Under the pieces are notes generated by a model, which was not told where the DNA came from, made no database searches, and saw only the letters and a program-made list of their open reading frames with translations. From positions 2,480,001-2,544,000 of the forward strand of contig CM074815.1 of the NCBI GenBank assembly GCA_037447605.1: a stretch of DNA of 64,000 bases, written 5' to 3'. Source of the stretch: Zygnema circumcarinatum SAG 698-1b (taxonomy: Eukaryota > Plantae > Zygnematophyceae). Numbering within the stretch: the stretch's first letter is position 1; every line of letters begins with the position of its first letter. This document shows, one piece after another, positions 24,913-40,076 of the stretch. Made by a program: the position numbers and the translations under genes.

Positions 24913-27009
24913 TCAGAATCCGCCGGAAACCGAATATCTTGACCGCTTATTGCTAGTTTCCTGCTCAAATTCGTTACCGAATTCACCTCCGTCCGGAGAC
25001 CTCTTCCCCTCTTGTCCTTTGCTGTATTCACCTGACGCAGGTGGTGGAGAATTCGAATTTCGCCTATCACTAAATGCCGAATTTCTGCCTCCCATTGAAA
25101 TATTCCCCCCCTGAAGTGGTCTCCCAATCGACAACAATAGCTGCTCTGCCTCCGAATCTTTCCCACTACTGCTTCTCGGTACGGAAAAATCCCCTTTTGG
25201 ACTTGCAACCGGCTTGGATAGAATCTGAGTTTCATAACTGCATTCAGGACCATCCCCTCCCTCCAATTGTCCTCCTCCCTTTGACCCCCAAAATGCCTGA
25301 CTTAAAGCCTCTGCTATAATCTCCTGGGAAGGAAACATAAAGTTTCCGTTGCCAGCACCTGACTTTGTCCCTTTCTGCGTTGACTTTGGGCCCAAAGCTG
25401 ATGCCAACTGAGCGATCGTTGTGAGGTCCAAGTTTTTGGGGGATACCGGTTTCGTTTGGCTTACTTGTGCAGAGTTGGAGAGAGTCGAAGTGGAAGTATT
25501 CCCACTCGTCGTCGTCATATTCATTGTCGGAAATTCGTTCGGCGACGGAAAATCTCCCGACGGAGAATACAACGCGTAGTCGAATGGCGACTTACTGCTA
25601 AAATTTGTCGAAGTCATCGCATTTGGGTCGAAGAATTGCGATAGAGGGGGCAGAGACTTATTAACATTCGAGAATGGGGATTTAAACAGTGGTGAAGATG
25701 GCGAAAACATCGTCGCAAGTGAGGACGGCGGAGTGGGGAGTGGCGACCAAAGTGCAGGCGAAGATAAGCAAGAAAAGGAGGGAGAAGAGAGGAAAGTCGA
25801 AGGAGAAGTGGGAGAATGCGTTGCAGGTCCTGAAGAAGAAACTGCAGATAAGTCAAGAGGGGGAGGTTTTGGCCCTTTCTTCATTAGTACAGGAGAGGGA
25901 GGAGTAGGCTTTCCTGACTGAGCCCCAAAGTCAACAGAACATCCCTCCGAATGACCCGCTGAAGAGGACCCCGAAAGGGAGGGAGAGGTTTTGTTAAAGG
26001 GAGGGGAAACTGCTGCTCCAACGGAACTGTTACTGCCCATCATAGACATGCGACCGGGTGACGACGAGAGGTGAGCCCTGGGCGGCAGCATCTCATGCAT
26101 ATGCGACCTCCCTTTAAGGACGGGTGTGATTGCGCCAGGTGGCAGGGGATCTGCGATCGGAGGGCTCAGAAGCGATTCTAGAAGCTCCTGATTTGCCTTC
26201 GCTTGTGAAGAGGAGAATGTCGCCATTACTGGAGAGGAGGAATTTGAGTTTGTATTGGTTTGCTGCTGCTGCTGCTGCTGATAAGGGGGGGGTTTTGCAC
26301 CCTCTGCAGTTTGTTGGAGAGCAGCTTCTGATTTTAGGGCTTCCAAAGCCCTAGCAGCAAGGGGGCCCACGTTGTTCGCCCACACTGTGGGAGAGAGCAC
26401 TGGAGGAGGAGGAGGAGGAGAGGGAGAGCTTCCTCCCAATGTTGATAACACATGACCCTGCACCTGCTGCGGTTGCTGCGTGCCAAAATTCTGCTGTCCT
26501 GTCTGAACATTCCCCTGCAGTGCCATCTGTATATGCTTCCAAAGGTCTCCAAGAGCTGCAATCCCATTCAGTGCTTCCGGAGTCAAGTTTGCAAGCATGG
26601 CAGGAGGGAGAGAAGCAACAGAAATACCCTGAGATTCTCCTGCTCCTCCTCCACTGCTCCGAGATGGAGGTTGCATTTGACTGATAGGCAGAGTCTCTGA
26701 CTTTACTGTTCGGGTGGAAGGGAGAGCATGTTTGCTTCCCACTGCCTCTCCCCCACTCACACTCTTTATGGGACTCCACATCTGGTCGTGAGAGGGGGGA
26801 GAGGGAGAGTCTCTCTCTGCAGAGGGGTCTTCCACGAGAAGGCAGAGATGGAAGCGGATGTGTCCGAGAAGTTTCCCACTTTTGCGGTGCACTGCCTGCA
26901 CCATGTCGACAGAGCCCTTCCGGAAAACAGCTGTCAAATTGACTTTACATGAGCCAATAAACTTGTCCGTTCCGTTATCCGTGCGGTCCCATATTTCGAC
27001 GTCGAGGTC
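24913..27009 (-). CDS. C2-domain protein with long Ser/Pro/Gln-rich disordered C-terminus (5' exons not found)
   Basis: A 2.1 kb open exon follows a CAG acceptor at 27010-27011. It begins DLDVEIWDRTDNGTDKFIGSCKVNLTAVF...GKLLGHIRFHL, the second half of a C2 domain. Confidence 0.75.
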   Translation of the reverse strand, partial: DLDVEIWDRTDNGTDKFIGSCKVNLTAVFRKGSVDMVQAVHRKSGKLLGHIRFHLCLLVEDPSAERDSPSPPSHDQMWSPIKSVSGGEAVGSKHALPSTRTVKSETLPISQMQPPSRSSGGGAGESQGISVASLPPAMLANLTPEALNGIAALGDLWKHIQMALQGNVQTGQQNFGTQQPQQVQGHVLSTLGGSSPSPPPPPPVLSPTVWANNVGPLAARALEALKSEAALQQTAEGAKPPPYQQQQQQQTNTNSNSSSPVMATFSSSQAKANQELLESLLSPPIADPLPPGAITPVLKGRSHMHEMLPPRAHLSSSPGRMSMMGSNSSVGAAVSPPFNKTSPSLSGSSSAGHSEGCSVDFGAQSGKPTPPSPVLMKKGPKPPPLDLSAVSSSGPATHSPTSPSTFLSSPSFSCLSSPALWSPLPTPPSSLATMFSPSSPLFKSPFSNVNKSLPPLSQFFDPNAMTSTNFSSKSPFDYALYSPSGDFPSPNEFPTMNMTTTSGNTSTSTLSNSAQVSQTKPVSPKNLDLTTIAQLASALGPKSTQKGTKSGAGNGNFMFPSQEIIAEALSQAFWGSKGGGQLEGGDGPECSYETQILSKPVASPKGDFSVPRSSSGKDSEAEQLLLSIGRPLQGGNISMGGRNSAFSDRRNSNSPPPASGEYSKGQEGKRSPDGGEFGNEFEQETSNKRSRYSVSGGF

Positions 27010-29913
27010 CTGCAGTTCCAGTTCCAGTTCCAAATTCAGATGGCGGATGCAGTTGCAGGATATACAGATTATTAAGTTTCAGTTTCAGGTGAAAGGAACA
27101 GACCGAAGGCATTTTTGAGGTTTTGGTCATGAAAGAGTGGAAAGACATTCACGGCGTGTTTGATGCAAAAAGGTGAAATTTTTACGAATTAAGAAACGCA
27201 GACTATGCAGATAGAGGCTTGTTAGGCCAAGTCGACATGAAAAAAACAGATGCGGAAAAATGCCTGAAAGGGCCATGCGAATCCGGATTCTTCTCTGAAG
27301 GGAGATCATAAATAAGACATACCCTATAAGACTTCAGAAAAGAGTCCTCTCTTTATCCGTGCAAGTAGGAGAGATGAGAAAGAGAGAGCACCAGATAGAG
27401 AGAAAGAGGGAGGATTTGAACAGGAACATGAAAAGTAACTGCAGAAAAATGCAGAAGCCATATTCACACCTCCTCCCTATGTCAACCTTTTCCTGCTCTA
27501 CATTTCTTTCTTCTCCCTCATTTCTACTACCCCTTTAACGCCCCCTACTCCCTCCTTTATCTGTTCTCCTATTTTCCCCTCTCCCCCTCTCGCTCCTACC
27601 CCTGAACCCAAGTTCTCTCCACCCTCTCCTACGCCGCCACCCTCCCCCCCCACCCTCCCCCCTTACTCCCCCAACCATCTCTCTTCCATCCTCTCCCTGT
27701 CCCCATCCATCACTCCATCCTCCCCCCTCCTTCCCCTCTTTCACCCTCTCCCCCATCCTCCCCCCACTCACTCCCCCTTTCCCCCTCCTTCCTCTCCCCA
27801 CCACCCACCGCCCCTCCTTCCCCTCTTCCACCCTCTCCCCCCCTCCCCCTCCTCCCCCTCTCACTCCCCCTTTCCCCNNNNNNNNNNGGGGGGGGGGGGA
27901 GAGGGGGCTGAGGTTGCGGGAGGCCGGGGGAGGAGGGCTAACCCTAATTGGTTGGGTGAGAAGGGGAATGTGGGGGGTCAGAGTTTTTGGGGTTCATTGG
28001 ATGCGGCGAAAGAGGGGCTTGCATGGGAGAGGGGGGGGGGCGGGGGGGAGTGGGAGGGGGGATGAGAGGGGGGAGAGGGAGAGGGAGAGAGGGGGGTGTG
28101 GAGAGCAGACTGAGCTCGGCAGGAGATTTGGGCAAAAGGCCGCGGAGAGCACCTGCTGGGAGCGCCTGCTTTGGGGGGGGCGTGCGACGCCACGATACGT
28201 CGCATTACGTCGCAGGACGTCGCAGAGGGTCGTACTGAGTCGCACGAAATCGCGTGACGTCTCATCAAGTCGTCGCTTATCGTGCGACTCCATTCGCACG
28301 GTGGACTTATATAACGTTTAAGAAATCGTACATAGCAACTGAACGTTTCGTTTACAAGTTTACTCTTGATTGACTGATTTTTAACTCATAAGTCTTTGCG
28401 TGCGAGGCGTGCGACGGAAGTCAGTCGCGCGGAAGAATAGCGACCGACTCCTCTACGGCAGATGATGCGCCACGTGGCACTAAGAAGCTCTAACAGCCGT
28501 CGATCTTCAGTCTGATTCCGTACAGAAGACAAACTGTACGAACTCCAGCGTTTCACGGGAATTCGCCGCTGGTCGCCGCCAGCTGGCGTGAGGCCATTGA
28601 CCAGCCGCGAAACCCTCCGGGAGAGGGGAACCAACGGGCAGGGGACACGTGGCATATGTCAGAATCGGGCAGATTTTTGTTTGAAAGAAAAGTTGTAAAC
28701 CGCATTTGACAAGAACAATTTGGCCTGTTGGAAAATTTCCAAACATTAAGATTTCCGTTAACGACGTGAGTTTTTTGCCAAAGGGCCCCAAAGTGAAAAT
28801 ATTCGTAGACGACAATTCTTTTCTGTCCGATTCTTTAGCTCTTTATGGCAGGACTCTGCGCCGCCATTTCGAATCTCGCCGTTTGTCAGAAACAAATAAG
28901 TAAATTTTTGTCGTTATCTAAAACAGCTCTAACTCATTGAAAGTGAAGTTAATTTTAAGTCAACGGATGTCAAATTTGTCACCGATGCTGCCAACAATCT
29001 GCATTCACACGTGCGTTCAAGCCTGCCCGCCGACACAAAATCCAAAATTCGCCTTTCAGATCATGTTTTCGAAAGAACACGTGGCAATAGCCGCAGGTAT
29101 TCGTACACTGCCCGTTGACGGATCTCCAAGTAATGACAAGAAACTGTCTGGCAGATTTATATACGACAAAAAGCACAGTGTACGCTTCCGTCAACGCACC
29201 TCTCGAGCCAGTGGCAAATTCACTACACGAACACGACTCACACTTGTTAAACGGAAAACGACAAGGTTATCTTATAAAAGGGGAATATATCCGACGAGAT
29301 CACGTGCTTTGGCAGGTAGCGACTGAAAGTCATTTTTAGAGCGGCCCTATTGAAATTCATAACTCAATCAGTTTTAAATGTTTGGGCAGAGCCTCTCCTC
29401 GCGGGCAGCGGCTCGCGGCGGAAATTTTCGTTCCACAAAATTCCAACGGAGTCCGACGGACCGTTTTTCGTGCTGCGTGACGTAGAATTTTCTCCAATTA
29501 AATGCCACCACCTGGATGAAATTGGAATACAGTACAAGAATGTCGACACGTTGCAGAAAATAGAGACTCAGTTTCCAGTTGGACAGAACGCCTCCATGAA
29601 GAATCCACGAAACTGGAACTGCAACAGTGGCGGTCGCACATGTGGCAGGTGCTTTGTAGATATAGTTCTACAACCAGTTCATGACCCCTCCCGTATCGAC
29701 AATATCCGAAACGAATGATATCGGGATATATCAAGCTTATATCGGAACGGTAATCGCTTCCAAAAAATACGAAGCCCCTTTCGACAAAGCGTCGATACAT
29801 TTGACCCAAAAAAAAAAAAAAAAAAGTCCTCCGGTCGTCTGATCCTCAATTATTTACAAAATTTTAAAGCTTTATTCACGATTTCGTCGACAAAGAATAA
29901 CTACCTACGTCAT

Positions 29914-32563
29914 CTATTCATGCATGAGCCGCAAAATTGTGTCGGCAAAAATTGAAGATACGTCGACGATTTTAAATTTAGAAGACGCCGCTAACACCGA
30001 CGGATGCTGCGTGAATAAAACACAACACAAAACAAAAAACAAAAAGACGTTAAGTTCAAATTCAAGTTACATTTTGCATCTTGCATTCAGAATAGATCGC
30101 CAGTTTCCGTTCAGTTCCAGCCCCCCCCAACACAGACATAGATTCAGTAATGGTCCTCACAGTGCTCATGGGGTGGCTGTTGGTCGCAATGATTGTGCTG
30201 ATGGGGCTCGCGACCAGCTGGTTGACCACATCCTCCGACGCAAGCGCCAAGTGGCTGCCCCAAAAAAAAAAAAAAATTTGAACATCAAAACCACCCCAAA
30301 TTTCTTTACAAAAACATGTCAATGGATCTTTAAAAATTGTGTTTCGGTATTTAGGGTTTCGTAGAGAAAAAACGTTTGAAGGGCAGGAGGGAACGTGACG
30401 GAGAGGAAGGTTCTGGAAGGAGGGAGGCAGAGAGGAACATGACCGAGGAAACAGTGTGGAGAGGGAAAATGAAAAGTGGCCGTTGGAAATTCGGAAAAAC
30501 AGGTTTCCATGGATGGGGTAGTAGTACGGACCTCAGAACTGCGCTCACACGTGTCGCCCCTCTCAAGAAGTACGCTTCGGCAGCCTTCATCAGCGTCCCT
30601 GCGATTCCGGACGCCACGTACGGACGGAAACGCGAAAATCAGTTTCAGTTTCAGTTTCAGTGGCAGTTCCTGGTCACTTTAAACACACGATTGACGGCTG
30701 CAATACAAAAAAGTTGGAGGGGGGGGGAGGGGGGGAACAGATGGATATCTGTACACATCATTTTAAATTTTTAGCTTTTAATTTTACCTCCGCTGCGCGT
30801 CATGTCGTCGTAAATAATAACATGTTTACCCGCGACCTCTCCGACGACCGTTTGGACCTGATCCACATCCCAACTGGCAACATCAACATCAACATCAAGA
30901 ATAAAATAAGCATAAATAGTTTGGAATGAGAGAGACATCAAAACATCAACAGGTTCGGATGCGTCTTTTTGGCAAAGCAGCGACCTTTGTGTCCTGAAAC
31001 TTCCGCGACTTCCGAACAAAAGCAACATCGACTCCAAAATGCCGAGCGAAAGTTTCCACCTGCCCGCCCTCCTCAGCCCAAAACTGTTGGAATACTTTTT
31101 TTGACGTTCTTCTGCTACGCAAGCAGGAAACAAAAGTGCACGTCTTGAACCAAATTGTAACAATTTTCCTTTGGCCTAAAGCTTGGTCAACTCCAATGAC
31201 TTAAACCTCACCCATAGAGGCCGTCCCAGGTCCGCTGATGCGAACATGAACGGTTCAGATAAGTCCAAAAACGAGACAATGGCTTCAATCAGTGCCTTCT
31301 CCGAATAAAGCTCCATTCGAACCTTTTGAGCATAAACACAAAAAGTTAGCACGCAGTCCACTGCCCAATCGAAGGTTTAACATAGAGACAAACACGCTTG
31401 AATGTTTGAGACTTTTCTGTTTCCCATCCAGAACTTCAAACAAAATGGCGTGAAGTTACTCTTGAGCACTTGATGCATGCTGAGCATCTTACCGATGGGC
31501 CCTCGAGATATTGGAGTAAGCTTTGAACATGGAGATCCATGAACACAAAAACGTTTCCAAGTTTACTTTCAGGAATGCAACTCATGATTCGCGCATTCAC
31601 TTTCGCCGTCACGACTTCTCCCGGAATCACTTGCCGTTCCATGGTGCTGTTTACAGGTCAGGTCAACGGTGAGGGTTAGGGCTAGAGTTAGGTTAGGGTT
31701 AGGGTTTCCGGACACAAATTTGGGTTGAAGCTCAACACGAGAGGTCGAGGTTTAAGGGATATGATTGTTGTCCGACATATTATTCCTGACTCCTTTTTGT
31801 GTTAACTAAATCGCTTACCTGTACCCCAAGAAAGGGATCACAAAAATTCTCCTTCTGCTTCCGTATGCAGCAAAAGCGCAGCCCAATCGGACGAGTTCCA
31901 AAAGTTCGTCATCCGTCGTCGTGCTGCACACGAATATGACGTCCCTCCCCACGAGCTCATAGCGCTCATCCATCCCCACGCGGTAATACTGCGATTCAAG
32001 ATGCAGAAAACAGAGCCGCATTCAACGAATCAAATCAGATAGAGCAACAAACAAACTGTGTGGATCGAGAAGACCACTCCCCACAATAGAGTGAGTAGAC
32101 GGCGGTGGTGGGTTGGAGAGGGAGAGGAGCGAGAGCGAATGCTGTATGAGTCGCTTGAGAACGACAGGATGGAAGTAAGGCCAGCCAGAGAGGATAGGGC
32201 CGGGGAGTGGGAGGGCAGGAGGGGGGGGCACAAGCGAGAAAGAAGAAGACAGTGGGGGAATAACGTGGGAGAGGGAGCGAGTGGAAAGGGAGGGGTGGGA
32301 GAGGGAGAGTCGGCGGGAAGGGAGAGAGAGAGAGAGATGTAGAGAGAGAGAGAGGGGGGCGCGAGAGAGGGAGAGAGAGAGCGAGAGAGAGAGAGGGAGC
32401 ACACCTTCTCCCCCCCCAGAAAGGTCTTCCTCTCCACCACGCCCGTCTCCACCTGCAGGCGCTTGGCGATGAGGTCCGCGAGGTAGCGGCTCGACTCGGC
32501 GGAGTACACGACCGCGGCCGCCTCGCCGCTGCGCCGCACCATGTCCACCGGCCCGCCGGACAT
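29914..32563 (-). CDS. PRS: Ribose-phosphate pyrophosphokinase (PRPP synthetase), atypical bacterial-like type
   Basis: Nine exons: 32563-32405, 31988-31819, 31646-31493, 31322-31212, 31059-30985, 30857-30788, 30598-30532, 30254-30161 and 30006-29914. Motifs IPFLGYSTMER, MDLH, SADLGR, IIYDDMTRSGGT (PRPP-binding) and IIATNSHP. Confidence 0.92.
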
Positions 32564-32932
32564 GGCCGCCCGCAGGGTGCAGGGTGCAGGGGCAGGGTTC
32601 AGGGCCCGCCGGGCCTCAAGGGGAAGGGGGGGGACGGCGGATGGGAATTAGGGCTTAAGAGAGCGGAGAGGGAGGGAGGGAGGGAGGGCTGGGGCCTTCT
32701 GAACTCTAGCCCCGCGCCGTGTGTGTATCGTCTTGACATATATCGCAATATGGACCTAGAGCGATATTTATTGAATATATCGAGATATTGTCGTCTTCGT
32801 TATATCGGCAGTTCGATATTTTGACGAAAAAATCGAGAAAACGGAGACCATTTTTCGTGCAAGAATTTGAACCATGCCTTGTACGGATTCGTTCATGTCC
32901 GTACGTTTGTACAAATTGACAAATTTGAGAGG

Positions 32933-33670
32933 GAAAATTCTATTCTCACACCTTTTTTGTCTACACACAAGACCTTTTTTCTCCGGGCAGGTTCTATTTT
33001 AGAAAAAAAGGGACTGGAAACGAAAAATGATTTTTTCACACCTTCTTTGTCTATACACAGATTTTATTGTAGAAAAAAAAGGTTTTGAAACCCTAAAAAC
33101 GCATTATAATTCCACAAGCATTGCCAAACACATCCGGCCAATCATCAGACATTGTGGCATTGATGGATGTTGTTTAACTTTGCGACCTCGTTGAGCTACT
33201 TCGTCTCTTTTACCCAATACGAGATCGGTAAAGAACATAGACACTGCTCGGTCATCGATTTTCAGTGAAAAAAAAAGGAGAAAGCACAAATTCTAGCATG
33301 TTTTCATTGTTTGAATGGTAAGTAAACGTTACATGCCTCCAAACTCTTCTCGTATTGGGTCAAAGAGACGAAGTGGCTCAAAGAGGTCGCACATTTAAAC
33401 AACATCCCTCAATGCCACAATGTCTGATGATTGTCCGGATGTGTTTGGCAATGCTTGTGGAATTATAATGCGTTTTTAGTCAACGTTTTTAGGGTTTCAA
33501 AACCTTTTTTTTCTTAAATAGAATCTGCCCTACAGAAAAAGGGCTGTGTATAGACAAAGAAGGTGTGAAAAAATCATTTTTCGTTTCCAGTCCTTTTTTT
33601 TCTAAAATAGAACCTGCCCGGAGAAAAAAGGTCTGTGTGTAGACAAAAAAGGTGTGAGAATAGAATTTTC
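32933..33670. mobile_element. Long inverted repeat (~290-320 bp arms, ~123 bp loop), foldback/MITE-like
   Basis: 32933-33224 is the near-exact reverse complement of 33348-33670. A related arm motif (TCACACCTTTTTTGTCTA...CCGGGCAG.TT) occurs at 12146-12240. Confidence 0.85.
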
Positions 33671-33773
33671 CATTTGAGAGACCTTCGCCGTTGTCCGTAC
33701 GACGCTTCGGAAATAGTTTCAACAGTTAACTGCAACATGGAGCTGTAACACGGATGCTGTCGAAATTTGAATC

Positions 33774-33872
33774 CTAAACCCTGAAACCCTTAAACCCTCA
33801 AACCCTCAAACCCTTAACCCTAACAAGCCTAAGCTTAACACCTCTACGGCTATCGGCTAACCTGAACCCTAA
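33774..33872 (+). repeat. Degenerate interstitial plant telomere-like (AAACCCT)n tract
   Basis: CCTAAACCCTGAAACCCTTAAACCCTCAAACCCTCAAACCCTTAACCCTAAC. Confidence 0.7.
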
Positions 33873-34086
33873 CCATAGAACCTCCGTTTCTGGATTTCCA
33901 ACGTAACAGGGACCGCATGGAAACGCCTCCACATCTCAGCCCTAACTGCGCACATGGAACTGCGAACTTCCATCGCACTTCCGAACCTCCTCTCCCCCTC
34001 CCCCCCTCCCCCCCTCCCCCCACTCGATAGAAACCAAAGCAAAAAAAAAAAAAAAAATCCAAAGAGTCGACATTATTATTATCTTG

Positions 34087-38265
<4,179 letters not shown>

Positions 38266-39043
38266 CCTGCAGCCGCCCTCCTCCTCGTGCATAAGCGCGC
38301 AAGAGGCTAAAAAATCAAAGGAGTAATACTAAAAATACAGTAAAACTAAACTTTACATTATATGTATATGTAAATTTCTGACCCTGGAAAGCACACGAAC
38401 AGTAAGCGTGTTTAAAGAGCTTTAAGAGATAAATTTGAAAGCAACAGCGCCGACGTTCTGCAAGCAGCGAAGGGATATTCGCTCAATATCTCAAACGCCT
38501 TCAAGCGCTGAAAGTATATAAACACAATACTTGAAAAAAACACCCAAAACCTGCAACTTAATGCAACCCAAATACTGCACACGATCTGTACATTCTTCCG
38601 TTTAGACATGCGAACATGTAAATAAGGTAATGTTCAGATTAATCAATGCAAAAAAAATGTTTAGAGGAAGTCATTCGCGTGGGAGCACACACCGTAATGA
38701 TTAGTCCGTACTTTTCTCGGCTTCATCGACCAAGTGCATGCGGCTGAGGAATGCAAACATGATGCGGGTTTGAAGGTTAAAGTTTAACAATGAATGCTGA
38801 TGAATGTGATGCAGGCGACCGAGTCAGAGTGGTCGATATGATGTGGGTTTCGTACAACTCCGTTTCCAACGGACGGGAAATCGCAAAATGCAAGGCTTTG
38901 ACTGCAAAAAAAGGAATGAAATTGGAGCTCCTCCACTCTGCGAGAGAGTCGCAGCACTCACCTTCCCTCCTGCCGCGGAGGGGGAGCTGGTTGGTTTTGG
39001 TAACGTTTGTTCTTATAATATTAAAACACTACATTGTGCATCT

Positions 39044-39115
39044 GCCGGGTTAGCTCAGTGGTAGAGCATCTGTCTTGTAAACAGAAGGTCCAGTGTTCAA
39101 TCCACTGATTCGGCA
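39044..39115 (+). tRNA. trnT-UGU: tRNA-Thr(UGU)
   Basis: Acceptor stem GCCGGGT/ATTCGGC, D-arm TAGCTCAGTGGTAGAGC, anticodon stem TCTGT/ACAGA with loop CT-TGT-AA, T-arm CAGTG-TTCAATC-CACTG. A TATA-like stretch lies at about -30 and a T5 terminator at ~39124. Confidence 0.96.
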
Positions 39116-40076
39116 ATCCCATGTTTTTCTTCGTACGGCACTGCCTAACATTTTAGCCGAACGTCGCTCGTCTCTTCGCTGTGGCGCGAGCTCAATTTCG
39201 TCGTTGTGAAGGCACGAAACAATGTGTTGATCTCACAACGCGGTGTGTTTACCGAAGCACGCGGAGGGTCCTATTGGCGCTACCGAGTAGAGCGACCTCG
39301 ACTTTCTCTCTGCCACTATTGCACAATGCACAAATGCTTTTCAAATTACTTCAAACAATCGGCGGTGTTTTGCACAATCATCCTTTCCATGCCACTTCAT
39401 GCAATGTTCGGACATTGCGAGTTGTTGCTTGCCTGGGCTCACAATACATATAATTGGCGTTTGGTGCGGAAGGAGTACATTGAAAGCCGTTCGTCCCTTT
39501 CTTTTGTTTTTAAACCACTAAGTCGGCCACAGTGAGGGAGTGGTCAAGAAATCTACAAGAACACTTTTCCAGCTCCCAACAGATCAACACGGCAACCAGA
39601 AACCAAAACCATAGGGTACACTGCAACATGTAATACCTTGAATTCAGAGGGACAGCGCCGCTGTCAACATGCATCGATCCGTACCTTAATTTGAGTCTAA
39701 AAGTTGCCCTATTTACGCCTTTGCCGTACATAGAAAGTCAAGAAAAAAACGTTCAGTTGAACCCTTCTTTTTACTGACAGTTCAACTCTACATAGAACTG
39801 TCTGCCCCAACTGGCATAGTAAGAAAAGCCCAACTGAAAAGACATAGAAAGGTAGGTTTTCCACTCCAGTTCAATCCCACGTTCTGCAAGCCGTTAACCC
39901 CTAAGCTTTAACGTCACGTCCCCTTTTCCATTCGTTTTCAGCTCCTTTTTTCTTCTCCTTCGCTTTCAACCGTGGATCGGTTGATCATAGAACCGTCATT
40001 CCGTCATCGTCTCCATGCTCAAGTAATACAAATGGTTTTGCCAGAAAATAAGAAAAAGTACAAAGGGAGTACGGAA

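Noticed and set aside
29694-32820. PHR1 P1BS (GNATATNC) sites around PRS
   Set aside because: The ATAT-rich motifs checked do not fit the consensus.
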